64,000 bases of DNA from an uncultured Clostridia bacterium (GCA_947627765.1 CANQXA010000003.1:12713-76712); one strand, 5' to 3'; positions 33,892 through 44,922 are shown, counted from the first letter of the stretch. Numbers and translations are program-made. The notes: generated from the sequence alone by a model not told the origin.

Positions 33892-36800
33892 GACTTTTTC
33901 CTCCCTTTCAGAATGAATGTGCAGACGGCGGCCGCCGCGACGACCGCAACGACGCCGATCACGATCCCGGCGATCATTACGGGCGATGTGCCGCCCTTCT
34001 TCGAAGTTCCGCTTGCGGGCGTCATCGCATCGGTGACGGGAATACTCTCCGCCGCAACGGTGAAGACGATGATCTCCGTTTCGCCGTCTTTGACGATCTC
34101 GAGATAGTACTTGCCCGCCTTATCCGCTTTGAGTGCGGAGAGCGCCGTCCCGTTTCCTGCGCGGTAGAGCTTGGCGGTGCCGTCCGAGACGGTCACCGAG
34201 CCGTCCGCCGCGACGGTCACGGTTGCAAGATGGGCGTCCGAAGTTCCGTAGGTGACGTAGTAGGTCTTCTTCGCGGTGGAATCGCCCACGCCGTTGGTGA
34301 AGTAGAATTCGTACTTGCCCGCCTCGTTGAGGACGGTAAAGCCCTCTTCGGTGATCTCGCTCTTGACGCCGTTGAACTCGGCATAGAGCTTGCCGCCCGA
34401 GACGGACTCCGCTTCGAAGGCGATCCCGATCCCGTCCGCTACCGAGAAGTCCGCCCCGAGACCGAGCACGGGAGCTTCCTTATCGATGTTGGAAACGGAG
34501 ATGGTCTTATCGTATTCGAATCCCGCGTTGGTGACCGCGTGCAGGAGGTAATCGCCGTTCTGCGCCGCGGTGATGGTGTACTTCCCTTCCCCGTCAAGTT
34601 CGGCGGGAGCGCCGTTCACGGTGAGGGACTTGATCCCGCTCTTGCAGACGGGCGCAAGGGTGATCGTGACGCTGTTCTTCGTCCAGCCTTCCGCGCTGAA
34701 CGTCTCGCCGAAGTCCACGCCGTCCACGCGGTCGACCGTAATGGTCTTGGTGACGGTGACGCCGCCGCTGACGAGCGTCAGGGTGTATTCGCCGTTATGG
34801 TAGGCGCGGTAGAAGAAGCCTTCGGCTACGTTGACCGAAACGCCGTCGGGCGTTCTCAGCGTGAGGGAAGTCACGCCGCTCGCCGTATGGGGCAGGAAGG
34901 TGATCAAAGCCGCGTCGCCCTCTTCCACATACTCTGCGGAGACGGTGTAATCGACGTCGGGAATGGAGATGACGAGATCCTGCGAGACCGCGGTCTCCCC
35001 TTCCGTCGCCTGTACGAAGTGGAGCTCGTATTTCCCTTCGGGAAGGTAATCGCTCACGGCGACGTCCATGGTCTCCCCTTCGGGTTTGAAGCTGTCAAGC
35101 ACCGTGCTGTCCTCGTCGAGAACGTAGACGGTGGAGGCGGTGTTGAGGTTGCGGAGCTGGAAGCTGTCGGCGCGGGAGACGGTCGTCTTATCCGCGGTGA
35201 TCGCACGCTCTGCGGGAAGCGCTTCGCCCGTAGACCAAACTTTGATGTAGCCGACCTGAGGGCAATCGCCCGTTGCCGCCTTAAAGACGATCTCGAGAAC
35301 GCCCTGTCCGTCCGCCGTTACGTTTTCCTTGTACTCTTCGTAGACGCGGGCGTCGCTGTCGGGCAGAGAGATGGTGCCGACCGTCGTGCCGTTGCAGATG
35401 ACGTCGTACGAGCGCGCGCCCCAACCGCCGCTGCAATGTCCGCCCGTCATGAGACGGAGCACTTCGTTGGGCTGGAAGCCCGTCATCTTATAGACGAGCT
35501 GTTTGGCTTGCACGCCGTTGTAGTTTTGGTCCTGCCCTTCGCGGATGGACCATTCGTTGGAACCGTTGTTCTCCCAGTTGCAACCCTTGGTCTGACCGAC
35601 ATAGCCCCAGCTCGTGTTCTTGCCGGAATCTTCGGCGTACGCCCTGTCGCGCGTGGAGGATTGGAGAGAGCCGAGCTGTTCGGCGTCGTCGGGAGGGGTT
35701 GCGCCCGTATCCGTGAAACCGACGTCGATGTTGTAGTAGAGCTGTTCGCCGCCCTGCTTCCAGACGTATTTGGCGTACACTTCGAAGGACTCGCAGCCTT
35801 CAAGCGTGAGGGTGACGTTCACGTTGCCGCCCGCCGCCATCAGCCCGCTCGCAACGGTGCAGATCACGCCTTCGGAATCGCAGGTGTATTCGGTCTTGGT
35901 CCCGTCGGTGAACCATACGTTGAAGTGCGTACTGCGGAGATCGCCATAGAGGTCGCCGCCGACGGTGAGTTCCTTCACGGCCGTTTCGAATTGGGTATTA
36001 TAGTTGGAAGCGACGTCCGCCGAGATCGGGAGCTTTATGCCCTCTCCGGTGACGGCGACGAGGGAGAGGAAGGCGGATTCGCTTTCGCCCTGCGCCTTTT
36101 CCACCTTGACGGTGATCTCTTCGTCCGCCTGCGTTGTGGTGACGGTGAAGTGGGAGACCGAATACTTGCCCTGCTCGAGCGTAAATTCGGAGACCGGATC
36201 GTTGCCCGTCACGGTGATTTTGACCCTTCTCGTGCTCCAAGGATTGAAGAATCCGAGGGAGACGTGATAGGCGCCCGCCGCGGGGATCTCGAAGGCGTAT
36301 TCGATCGCGGTCGAGGAGATGCCGCCGTCCAAACTCCAAACGGAGGACATGGCGCCGTCGCCCGTGTAGTACGCCTGCTTGATGTCGCCCTTATAGCCCC
36401 ACTTCTTTCCGCTGACGATGTCGGCGCCGTAGGGCTGGTCGGTCGCGCTCTGGTATTCGCCGAGCACCGCGCCCGTGGCAAGTTCTTCCGCGGAGCCGCA
36501 GTCGGCAAAGTAGAGGACGCCCGCTTCCGCCTCGCGGAGTACGACCTTCTGTACGGGGGAGAATTCCTCCGTGCCCTCCTTGACGGCGGCGATACGGAGA
36601 AGGACGTTGCGGTCGGTGAGCCCGGTGAGGGTCCCGTTTTCCGCGTCGAGCGCGGTCTCGGAGCGGTGCCATTCGGTCTCGTTCTCATAGCGGTACTCGG
36701 GGTAGAAGGTATATCCTTCGTAGCCTTCCGCCGTGTAAGCGAAGCGGAGGGTACTGCCGACGCCCGACGCCTCGGTCACTGCGATCGAACGTTCCGCGGC

Positions 36801-38915
36801 GCCCTGATCCGAGGTGCGGTAGAGGAATGCGCCGTCGAAATTGACGTATTGGTTCGAACTGCCCTCCGTGATGACGTAGACGGTGTGCCAGCCTTCGCCG
36901 AGCTCCTTAGTGGAGTAGACGATCTGCTTGACGGTCTTACTGCTCTTGCGCAAATCGACCGTAGCCGTCGGCTCTTCGGTCTCGGGATCGGTATCCACCC
37001 AAATGCGGATCTGCCCGCTGTCGCTCTTCTGGATGAAGGGAAGCCCGAAGCCGATGCCTTTGAAGCGGAACGCGAAACAATCGCGGTTCGAGGCTTGGGT
37101 ATAGGTACTGCCGAGATAATGCTCCTTGGAGCAATCGTATTGGCTGAGATTCAGCGTGGTGTAGGCCTGTTCGGTCTCGCCGCCCGCCTCAAACGCCTCT
37201 TGGATCGCGGTGAGGGAGTTCTTCTGTGCCGCAAAGGAATCGTCGAGGAAGTCGCCCTCGCCGCCCGTGCGCTCGCCGTGGATGATGTACGTCGTCACGG
37301 AGGAAGCGGGAGCCGCGTCGATGATGGAAGAACCGTCGGTCGAGATCGCGGAGGCGCTCCAGCTGTGCTTGGGATCGGTGAGGACGCGCTCCGCGGATTC
37401 TGCGCGGAAGCCCGTGAGATCGAGCTTGAAGGAGTCGGCGTGGTCGGAATTATTCTGCTTGACGACGACGACCGTCTTGCCGTCGGGCGAGATCGCCGCG
37501 ACCGTGTTGTCGTCGCTGACGTCGATGATCGTGTACCCGGGGCGGATGTACTTGGTGTACTGTCCGCTCATGTAGTACGCCTTGGAGAGGACGAAATCCT
37601 GATAGGTGAGCCCCATCGCCGCAAGATCGGTGCCCTGCGCCTCCGCCTCTTCCTGCGTGTAGTAGACGCCTTGGATGAGCCCGTAGTTGGTGCCGCTCTT
37701 GATCTGGCCGACCATATCCTCCATGCCCTGCCAGAACACATAGCCGTCTACGCCGCCGAATTTGACGGTATCGATGATGGACTGCGTATAAGCGAAGCCC
37801 GTGCCCATCGCCTCGGGATCGTATTCGCTCCCCGTGGTGAAGCAGATCTCGGACATATACACTTCCTGCCCGTGAGACTTCGCATTGCGGTACATCTGCT
37901 GTGCGCCGCTGACGTCGTAGCTGTAAATGTGATAGGTGAGACGGGAAGCGCCGTCCACGACGTCCGCGCCCGCAGTGCCGTTCGCACCCGTCAAGGCGCG
38001 CATCGAGCGGTATTGGCTGTTCGCAACGCCCGTGCTCGTCTCGTCACCCACGTTGTAGACGGCGTCGATCCCGCGCCGTTCCATCTCCGCGGCGAGGATC
38101 TCGAGCACATCGACCTTCTGCTGGGGACCGAAATAACAGCCTTCCTGATCGCCGCCCGTGCCCCAATAGTTGGAGCCCGATTCGTTGAAGGGCTGTAAAT
38201 TATCGAAGGTGAAGCCCTGTCCGACGAGATACTCATAGACGTCGAGGAAGTATTCCACGAACGCCTCGTTGTTGACGGGGTCGAGGTTATCCCAACCGCC
38301 TGCGCCGCCCGACGAACAGCCGTACTTGGTCATCCAATAGGGAGGCGAGTTGGAGTAATACTCCGTGACCGCGTCGTCGCGGTTTTTCTGGATCCAATCG
38401 AGCACCCAGAGCTGTTTCCAGTCGGGCACCTCCTCCCAAGAGAGGGTGGAGCCGTCTTCCGCGGTGAACACATAGTCGTTATCGACGGCATAATAGGTCT
38501 GCTCGTCGCCCTTTTGGTCTTCGGCTGTGATCTTGTCCGCGCCCCTCCAGCCGGGCGTGTTGCGGTCGCCCGTCATGTGGGTGTGCTCGGGGTCGTCGCC
38601 GCCGCCCACGTTGTAGCGCGCGATGTTGAGGTCGAGCCCGGACTTGCCGTAGATCGCCTCCATGATCTCTTCGCGCTTGCTCATGCCGCTCGAACCCATA
38701 CGGGTCCAATCGCCGATCTCCGTCGCCCACCACGAGAGGGAGAGCCCCCACCCGTCGAATTCCTGGAAGGCGTGAGAGACGTTCAGCCCGTACTCGTTCT
38801 CATAGGACGCGGCGCCGGCGGGAAGCGTTGCCAGCCCGCCGACTGCCGTAGCCATCAGGAGCGCCGAGCAGGCGGCAAGCGCCGTTGTCCTTTTCCATTT
38901 GCCCGTTTTTATCAT
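33888..38915 (-). CDS. 1675-aa multidomain GH30-family glycoside hydrolase (endo-beta-1,6-galactanase-like) with malectin/Ig-like domains and a C-terminal TM anchor
   Basis: Signal peptide. FDGWGLSLSWWATEIG, NIARYNVGGG, PFNESGSNYW (clan GH-A NE motif) resemble the GH30 (Glyco_hydr_30_2) catalytic domain. C-terminus VMIAGIVIGVVAVVAAAAVCTFILKGRKKS. SD AAAGGAGGA upstream. Confidence 0.8.
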   Translation of the reverse strand: MIKTGKWKRTTALAACSALLMATAVGGLATLPAGAASYENEYGLNVSHAFQEFDGWGLSLSWWATEIGDWTRMGSSGMSKREEIMEAIYGKSGLDLNIARYNVGGGDDPEHTHMTGDRNTPGWRGADKITAEDQKGDEQTYYAVDNDYVFTAEDGSTLSWEEVPDWKQLWVLDWIQKNRDDAVTEYYSNSPPYWMTKYGCSSGGAGGWDNLDPVNNEAFVEYFLDVYEYLVGQGFTFDNLQPFNESGSNYWGTGGDQEGCYFGPQQKVDVLEILAAEMERRGIDAVYNVGDETSTGVANSQYRSMRALTGANGTAGADVVDGASRLTYHIYSYDVSGAQQMYRNAKSHGQEVYMSEICFTTGSEYDPEAMGTGFAYTQSIIDTVKFGGVDGYVFWQGMEDMVGQIKSGTNYGLIQGVYYTQEEAEAQGTDLAAMGLTYQDFVLSKAYYMSGQYTKYIRPGYTIIDVSDDNTVAAISPDGKTVVVVKQNNSDHADSFKLDLTGFRAESAERVLTDPKHSWSASAISTDGSSIIDAAPASSVTTYIIHGERTGGEGDFLDDSFAAQKNSLTAIQEAFEAGGETEQAYTTLNLSQYDCSKEHYLGSTYTQASNRDCFAFRFKGIGFGLPFIQKSDSGQIRIWVDTDPETEEPTATVDLRKSSKTVKQIVYSTKELGEGWHTVYVITEGSSNQYVNFDGAFLYRTSDQGAAERSIAVTEASGVGSTLRFAYTAEGYEGYTFYPEYRYENETEWHRSETALDAENGTLTGLTDRNVLLRIAAVKEGTEEFSPVQKVVLREAEAGVLYFADCGSAEELATGAVLGEYQSATDQPYGADIVSGKKWGYKGDIKQAYYTGDGAMSSVWSLDGGISSTAIEYAFEIPAAGAYHVSLGFFNPWSTRRVKITVTGNDPVSEFTLEQGKYSVSHFTVTTTQADEEITVKVEKAQGESESAFLSLVAVTGEGIKLPISADVASNYNTQFETAVKELTVGGDLYGDLRSTHFNVWFTDGTKTEYTCDSEGVICTVASGLMAAGGNVNVTLTLEGCESFEVYAKYVWKQGGEQLYYNIDVGFTDTGATPPDDAEQLGSLQSSTRDRAYAEDSGKNTSWGYVGQTKGCNWENNGSNEWSIREGQDQNYNGVQAKQLVYKMTGFQPNEVLRLMTGGHCSGGWGARSYDVICNGTTVGTISLPDSDARVYEEYKENVTADGQGVLEIVFKAATGDCPQVGYIKVWSTGEALPAERAITADKTTVSRADSFQLRNLNTASTVYVLDEDSTVLDSFKPEGETMDVAVSDYLPEGKYELHFVQATEGETAVSQDLVISIPDVDYTVSAEYVEEGDAALITFLPHTASGVTSLTLRTPDGVSVNVAEGFFYRAYHNGEYTLTLVSGGVTVTKTITVDRVDGVDFGETFSAEGWTKNSVTITLAPVCKSGIKSLTVNGAPAELDGEGKYTITAAQNGDYLLHAVTNAGFEYDKTISVSNIDKEAPVLGLGADFSVADGIGIAFEAESVSGGKLYAEFNGVKSEITEEGFTVLNEAGKYEFYFTNGVGDSTAKKTYYVTYGTSDAHLATVTVAADGSVTVSDGTAKLYRAGNGTALSALKADKAGKYYLEIVKDGETEIIVFTVAAESIPVTDAMTPASGTSKKGGTSPVMIAGIVIGVVAVVAAAAVCTFILKGRKKS

Positions 38916-38932
38916 AATTTCCTCCTTTCAAA

Positions 38933-39910
38933 TTAACCCTTGACCGCCGAGAACACGATGGACCCGATGATCTTCTTTTGGAACGCCGCGAACACGATGA
39001 TGATGGGCACCAACGAGATGAGCGACGCCGCCAAAACGCGGGGGATAAAGCTCGTGGAACCGCCGGAACCGTTGAGACGGTTGACGAGCAGGGGCAGAGT
39101 AAACCAATTCCTGTCGCGCACGAAGAGCAAGGGACCGAGGAAGTCGTTCCAATTCCCGATGAACGAGAGGATGGCTTGCGTCGCGAGAGCGGGCATCACG
39201 AGGGGCAGGAGCACGGAAAGGAAGGTCCGCGTGTAGCCTGCGCCGTCGAGCCGCGCCGCCTCGGAGATACTGTCGGGAATGCCGTAGAAGAACTGCCTCA
39301 GGAAGAAGACCGTCGTGATCGACCCGAAGAACTTGGGGATGATGATCGCGAGGGGGCCGTTGGTCAGACCCATCCTGCCGTACAGCCATGCCTGCGGGAG
39401 CATGATGACGGAGAAGGGGATCATCATCGTGCCGAGCATGATGAGGAAGACCACGTTCTTCCCGAAGAATTTCAGTTTGGCGAACGCGTAAGCCGCAAAC
39501 GCCGATACGATGATCTGGACGAAGACGACGGGAACGGTCGTCAAAAAGCTGTTGAGGAAGCCGCGGATGATGCCGCCCTGCATGAGACGGTTGCAGTCCT
39601 CCCACATCTCGGCATAGCTCTGCGCCGTCCATGTGCGGGGGAAGAACGTCGTATAGATCTCGGTGGACGGCTTGAACGTCGCGAGGACCATCCACAGGAA
39701 GGGCAGAAGCATGAGAAGGGAGCCGAGCGAAAGGCATACCGTGACCACGATGTTGCCGATCGTCTGGGGGCGCATCTTCTTCTTTGCGGGAGCGGGAGCC
39801 CCTGCCGCGCCGTTTTCTTCGGGAGCGGCGGTTTCGGCGGGCGCCATGTCCTCTTCGGGAGCGACGGTTTCGACGGTTTCTTGAAGTTCATTCATTTCGA
39901 TCTCTTCCAT
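38933..39910 (-). CDS. Carbohydrate ABC transporter permease (MalG-like)
   Basis: Start at ATG 39910, 1 nt after the upstream stop. EAA-type loop ..SISEAARLDGAGYTRTFLSVLLPLVMPAL. Six TM segments. Acidic/Ala-Pro-rich N-terminal tail. Confidence 0.85.
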   Translation of the reverse strand: MEEIEMNELQETVETVAPEEDMAPAETAAPEENGAAGAPAPAKKKMRPQTIGNIVVTVCLSLGSLLMLLPFLWMVLATFKPSTEIYTTFFPRTWTAQSYAEMWEDCNRLMQGGIIRGFLNSFLTTVPVVFVQIIVSAFAAYAFAKLKFFGKNVVFLIMLGTMMIPFSVIMLPQAWLYGRMGLTNGPLAIIIPKFFGSITTVFFLRQFFYGIPDSISEAARLDGAGYTRTFLSVLLPLVMPALATQAILSFIGNWNDFLGPLLFVRDRNWFTLPLLVNRLNGSGGSTSFIPRVLAASLISLVPIIIVFAAFQKKIIGSIVFSAVKG

Positions 39911-39911
39911 C

Positions 39912-40901
39912 TCAATAGTCCTCCTGTCTCTTTCTGTCCACAAACATCTGGATCGCCGTGATGATGAAGATGATGATCGCGAGGATCCACGCGCCGACCG
40001 AGGCAAGCCCGAGCTTGCTCTCGCCGAAGTTGTAATAGACGAATCCGACGACCGTCATCCCGTTCTCGCCGATGCCGTATCCGCCGAGGAGGATATAGGG
40101 CTCGTTGAACATTTGGAGCGACCCCATCAGCCCCGTGACGAACAGGTAGAAGATGGTGGGATAGAGGGCGGGGACGGTGATCTTGCGAAGGATCATCCAG
40201 CCCGAGGCGCCGTCGATCTTCGCCGCCTCGATCTGCTCGGTCGAGACCGATTGCAGACCTGCGATGAACATCAGCGCGGAGTATCCGACCCCCTTCCACA
40301 CGAGAAGCAGGTTGACGGTAAACGCAACGCCTGCATTGGACGACAGCCATTTTGCGGGAGGGATCCCGAGACTGCCGAGCAGGTTATTGACCGTGCCGTC
40401 CGCCTTGAAGAGGTTCTGCCATACGATGGCGACGGCGACGATGCTCATGATCCCGGGCAGGTAGTAGATGACGCGGAACGTTTGGACGCCGCGCATATTG
40501 CGGTTCATCCCGAGCGCCAAAAAGAGCCCGATGATCATGCAGACGGGGAGCTGGATCGCGAAGATGAGCGTATTGGCGAACGATCTCCAATAGCGCACCG
40601 ATTCGATCCCCCCGAAGATGGCTTTGAAATAAGAGCCTCCGACGCCCGGGCTTTCGAACAGCCCGTGGATACCGTCCCACGCATAGAACATCGCGATGAG
40701 CGACATGACCAGCGGGATCGCCGTGAAGACGAGGATGCCGATGACCATGGGCGAAATGTACGCCCAGCCGATCAGGTTTTCCTGCCTTCTCAGGCCGCCT
40801 TTCTTGGGGACGGGCGTCTTCTTTTTGACGGAGACGGGTTCCTCGGCTTGGGGCGCCGCGGTCTCGGTCCCGCTCAGAGAGACTTCCGTTTGATAGTCCA
40901 T
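39912..40901 (-). CDS. Carbohydrate ABC transporter permease (MalF-like)
   Basis: 329 aa. EAA loop ..STEQIEAAKIDGASGWMILRKITVPALYP. SD AAGGAGG upstream. Confidence 0.9.
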   Translation of the reverse strand: MDYQTEVSLSGTETAAPQAEEPVSVKKKTPVPKKGGLRRQENLIGWAYISPMVIGILVFTAIPLVMSLIAMFYAWDGIHGLFESPGVGGSYFKAIFGGIESVRYWRSFANTLIFAIQLPVCMIIGLFLALGMNRNMRGVQTFRVIYYLPGIMSIVAVAIVWQNLFKADGTVNNLLGSLGIPPAKWLSSNAGVAFTVNLLLVWKGVGYSALMFIAGLQSVSTEQIEAAKIDGASGWMILRKITVPALYPTIFYLFVTGLMGSLQMFNEPYILLGGYGIGENGMTVVGFVYYNFGESKLGLASVGAWILAIIIFIITAIQMFVDRKRQEDY

Positions 40902-40916
40902 GACTGCCTCCTTATC

Positions 40917-42344
40917 TTATCTCGACTTGGTTTCGTCGTAGTGGGTCTGCATCGTCTTTTGGAGATTCTCCCACTTGATGCTGTTGAAGCTATCGAGAGC
41001 CTTGTCCTTCTTGTGGTGCATGACCGAAAGCTGTGTTTCGAGATCGGTGAGCCAAACAGAGTCGTACGTCGAATACTTCGCGGGGAAGAAGCCGTGTTCG
41101 CCGCTTACGACGTCGAGGAAGTAGCCGCGGGTCTTGGGGAAGAAGACGGTATCGTTCTCGGGATCGCGGTAGGACGCCGAAACGCTCTTGAGGAGGGGAA
41201 GGGTGATCTCCGCTTCCTTGGTCAGTCTATCCTGCGTCTTGGGGGAGAGGAAGGAGATGGCGATCCGCATCGCGACTTCGGCCTTTTCCGTCTGCTCGGC
41301 GCACTTCTTGGAGACGCAGTAGCCCGCGGAGGTGATCACGCCCTGCCAATCGGCTTCGCCGTCATCGGTGGGCCAAGGCATCAGGCACCAATTCTCTTTC
41401 GTGGGATCGCCGCCGTTGAGAGACTTGTTGTATTCGCCGATCTCCCACGAGCCGACCAGCCCGTAGAAGCAGACTTTGCCCGCCGTCATGTTGGCGTAAG
41501 TGGCGTTTTCGACATCCGCCCCGCCGCAAGCGCAGAGTTTCGCCTGATATTCGATGGCTTTCTTCATCGCGCCGTCGGTCAGGCTGGCGACCTTACCGTT
41601 TGCTCTGCCGCCCGAAAGATCGATGAGCTCGCCGCCGAAGGAGTGCGCAAGCACTTCGATGGGAGGGACGTCGGAGGCGTACACCTTATCATTCTTCGCC
41701 TTTGCGGTCTCGTAGATGGTCTTGCAGATCCCGAGGTACTGCTCCCAAGTGTACGTATGCTGGGTGAAATCCATCTCCCACGGAAGGTCATAGCCCGCCG
41801 CACGGATCTCGGTCTGATACTTTTCCAAAAGCTGTTTGTTGTAGCCGAGCTGTTGGGTGGAGAGATCTTTGGGGAAGGCGTAGAGCTTATCGGAGGGATT
41901 GCCGAGCTCGCCCGTCGTGGGATTGTAGCGGTAGAGGTCGAGCGCGGTATCGTAGACGTCCGAAAGATCGACGCCGTAAGCCGCCGCACGGGTGTCCGCA
42001 AAGTCTTGCAGGCAGGCGATGTGATCCTTGTACTGATAGATCTCGTTGGGGCGGATGTAGAAGATGTCGGGGATGCCGCCGCCGTTGATGTCGCTCTTGA
42101 GGGCGTCGTAGTAGTTCCCTTCCTGTTCGCCGTTGAAGACGATCTTATAGTCGAGACCCTCTTCTTGCAGTTCTTGTTCCATCTCATCGAAGTACTGTTG
42201 ATAGAACTTCGTTTCGGCGTTGTTCGCAAGCAAGAACACCTTGATGGTGTGCTCGGAATTGCCGCCGCATCCTGCCATAGCGCCCACCGTGGTCGCGGCG
42301 ATGAGCGCCGCCGCCGCAACTGCGGCAACCTTTGTTTTTTTCAT
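40917..42344 (-). CDS. Extracellular sugar-binding lipoprotein of the ABC importer
   Basis: 475 aa. Lipobox TTVGAMAGC/GGNSE. Family-1 SBP-like sequence. SD AAGGAGGA upstream. Confidence 0.9.
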   Translation of the reverse strand: MKKTKVAAVAAAALIAATTVGAMAGCGGNSEHTIKVFLLANNAETKFYQQYFDEMEQELQEEGLDYKIVFNGEQEGNYYDALKSDINGGGIPDIFYIRPNEIYQYKDHIACLQDFADTRAAAYGVDLSDVYDTALDLYRYNPTTGELGNPSDKLYAFPKDLSTQQLGYNKQLLEKYQTEIRAAGYDLPWEMDFTQHTYTWEQYLGICKTIYETAKAKNDKVYASDVPPIEVLAHSFGGELIDLSGGRANGKVASLTDGAMKKAIEYQAKLCACGGADVENATYANMTAGKVCFYGLVGSWEIGEYNKSLNGGDPTKENWCLMPWPTDDGEADWQGVITSAGYCVSKKCAEQTEKAEVAMRIAISFLSPKTQDRLTKEAEITLPLLKSVSASYRDPENDTVFFPKTRGYFLDVVSGEHGFFPAKYSTYDSVWLTDLETQLSVMHHKKDKALDSFNSIKWENLQKTMQTHYDETKSR

Positions 42345-42411
42345 AACTTCCTCCTTTTATTTTTCGGGTTGCGCCCGAATATTCCGAATTTTGGGACGGA
42401 CCGTTTTATAC

Positions 42412-44922
42412 TTATACGGTCTCGACGGTCTCCGCGCCCTCGAGGACGGCTCCCTCTCCGAGCGCTTCCGCAAGAAGATAGAGCTCGCCGCTCCATGCGG
42501 GGCAGAGATAGAGCAGTGCGGGATCCCCGCCCTCCAAAGCGGGGGCATGGTCCCAGCCGCAGATCAGCCTTCCGATCACTTTGCCGTCCATGACGCAGGT
42601 GAGTTTGACGTTTTTGCCCGTAAATTTCAGGTAGCGTTCCTTCCCCTTGGGGAGCGACGCATAAAGCGCCCTCTCTTTTCCGACGGGCAAAGGCAAAGCG
42701 ATCTGTTCCCCGCGGTTGCCCGTTTGGACGAGCTCCCGCTCCGTTCTCACGCGGACGGAGAGAGGTTGTACCCTATGCATATGCAAAATGCGCGCGCTTC
42801 CGACCTCTTGCGTCCAAACCCGTTTGCGGTAGACGAGGGTGAGAAGGCGCTCCTCCTCCCCGAAGTAGGGAGAAAGGTCGAACGTTCCGAAATCGCACTC
42901 GCCCGCAAGCGCTCCGTCGAGGTAGACGGCGACGTCGCACGCCTCCGTCGTTTGAAGGACCATGCGCTCCGATCTCTTCCGCGCGGGCAGGGTGTAGGCG
43001 CAGACGACGGGCTTTCTCGTCGAGTTCCATTTCTCGACGCCGATGCGGATGGGGTACCCATGTCCGAGGTCTACCCTCTCGTCTCCGTAAGAATCGAGCA
43101 AAGTGAAGTCGCAACGCCCGATCGTTTCCTCAAAATCTATTTCGTAAAATGCGCTGACGCCCTTCTTCGAAGAGGTGCGCAGGGCGGGAGACTGCGGATC
43201 GTCGAAATTGCAGTGTCCCCACTTCTCGACGACGATCTCCGCTTCCCCGCAGGGCGGCAAAACGACGTCCCTGCCGTCCGCAAACAGCGTATCGCCCCGC
43301 TTGCCGTCGGCTGTGACGGTCATGATGTCGCAGGGGTGCTCCAAAAAGAGGGATGCGCCCGCAGGACGGAGGGTGTAGACCGCTCTCCCCTCCTCGATGC
43401 CGAGGGAGGAAAACGAACAGCCCGAAGCGGCGCGCTCGGGAGGGAGCTCCGCCGTGAAAAATTCCGTAAACGGCTTGGAGGCATAGGCGGCGGCGGATAA
43501 TCCGCCCGCTACGATGCCGAGCGCCTCTTTGCGCCCCACAAAGCGGACATGGACCCCATGTACGTCGCCATCTCTTGTCAAAATCGTCTCCCCGTCGCCG
43601 AAATCCAATCCTGCCATGGGCGGAAACGGCGCGTAAAAGACCAAATTCTCTTTGTCTGCAAAAATGGGCTCGGCGTTCGCCCTCGTCAGCGTCGCGCCGA
43701 TGCCGTGCGCCGAGAGATCCAAGCCGAAGAGGAAGAAGGGAGCCGTACCCTTCGCGACGCCGCCTTCGATCCTGATCCCGCGGCAGGTGAACGCGACCTC
43801 TCCGTCTTCGGAGAAATCGGGGGCGCACACTGCCGCCCCGCCGCCGGGAAGATTTAAGACGCGCAGTCCGCCTTCCGCCGTTCGGAAGGAGCAAAACTCG
43901 GGGATGACCGTCTCGGGGGAGGGTTCCGCCGCCGCGACCGCCTCGCCCGCGACCCGTAAAAACGCCGCAAAGAGCGCGCCTTCCTCCGCTTCGGGACGGA
44001 ACGCGCCCGCCGCGTCGATCATCGATTCGAAGTCGTACACGGTGACGATCATGGAATCGGGACGCCCCCAATTATTGATCGCCTGCCTGTGGCCGAAATT
44101 GACCCCTGCGACCTGACAGTATGCGCCGAGCAGTTTTGCGCCCGCGGAGAGTTCCCTGCGGAGCAGGAAGTGGTCGCGGTTGGTCTCGGTGACCATGAGC
44201 GGCTTGCCGTCGGCGGCAAAGCGCAGGGCATATCCTGCGAGCTCTGAGTCGAACGTCGGATCCATACTGTCGGGATAGCAGTTGAGCGTTCCTTCGACGC
44301 CCGCGGTGAATGCGCCCGCGCGCGTAAGACCGTACTGCCCCGCACAGCAAAAGAAGGGAATATCCGAAATGCTCTCGCGCGCGATCGCGGCGAGGCGGGA
44401 AATGTACGCCTGCGGATCGGGACAGTCGAAGAAGTCCAGCTCGTTTTCTAATTGCAGGAGGATCACCGTCCCCCCGTTGCCGTATGTATAGGGCGCGATC
44501 TCGTGCAGGACGGCGCGGTACCACTTCTCCGTCTCGGCGAGGAAACGGCTGTCGTCACAGCGGATGGGGATCCCCGATTCGAGAATGCGCGCGGGAAGGG
44601 CGCCGCCGTCCCACTCCGAACAGATGTAGGGACCGGGCCGCGCCACGGCATAGATACCCGCGCATTTCAGCTCTTCCAAGAAAGCGCCGACGTCGCGCTC
44701 GCCCTCAAAGTCGAAAGAACCGTCCTCCCGCTCATGGTAATTCCACGGGAAATAGACGTCCACACAGTTGTATCCCACCCGTTTGAGCTTGGAGATACGG
44801 TCCCGCCAGACCGCGCGCGGCAGACGGAAATAGAAGAGCGAAGCGCAAAGAAGCACCTCGTGCTTGCCCCCGATCATGATCCCGCGTTTGGAAAGTGTTA
44901 CCGTCTTCGAAGGTGTAGGCAT
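42412..44922 (-). CDS. GH35-family beta-galactosidase
   Basis: Start at ATG 44922, 8 nt after AAGGAGA. FYFRLPRAVWRDRISKLKRVGYNCVDVYFPWNYHEREDGSFDFEG..ARPGPYICSEWDGGALP..LQLENEL matches the remembered GH35 N-terminal consensus. Confidence 0.85.
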   Translation of the reverse strand: MPTPSKTVTLSKRGIMIGGKHEVLLCASLFYFRLPRAVWRDRISKLKRVGYNCVDVYFPWNYHEREDGSFDFEGERDVGAFLEELKCAGIYAVARPGPYICSEWDGGALPARILESGIPIRCDDSRFLAETEKWYRAVLHEIAPYTYGNGGTVILLQLENELDFFDCPDPQAYISRLAAIARESISDIPFFCCAGQYGLTRAGAFTAGVEGTLNCYPDSMDPTFDSELAGYALRFAADGKPLMVTETNRDHFLLRRELSAGAKLLGAYCQVAGVNFGHRQAINNWGRPDSMIVTVYDFESMIDAAGAFRPEAEEGALFAAFLRVAGEAVAAAEPSPETVIPEFCSFRTAEGGLRVLNLPGGGAAVCAPDFSEDGEVAFTCRGIRIEGGVAKGTAPFFLFGLDLSAHGIGATLTRANAEPIFADKENLVFYAPFPPMAGLDFGDGETILTRDGDVHGVHVRFVGRKEALGIVAGGLSAAAYASKPFTEFFTAELPPERAASGCSFSSLGIEEGRAVYTLRPAGASLFLEHPCDIMTVTADGKRGDTLFADGRDVVLPPCGEAEIVVEKWGHCNFDDPQSPALRTSSKKGVSAFYEIDFEETIGRCDFTLLDSYGDERVDLGHGYPIRIGVEKWNSTRKPVVCAYTLPARKRSERMVLQTTEACDVAVYLDGALAGECDFGTFDLSPYFGEEERLLTLVYRKRVWTQEVGSARILHMHRVQPLSVRVRTERELVQTGNRGEQIALPLPVGKERALYASLPKGKERYLKFTGKNVKLTCVMDGKVIGRLICGWDHAPALEGGDPALLYLCPAWSGELYLLAEALGEGAVLEGAETVETV

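Noticed and set aside
34230-38198. 1322-aa + strand ORF
   Set aside because: Antisense to the GH30 gene. Same R/G/D/E-rich artefact composition, with no SD or motifs.
40113-42593. 826-aa + strand ORF
   Set aside because: Antisense to an ABC permease and the solute-binding protein. Artefact.
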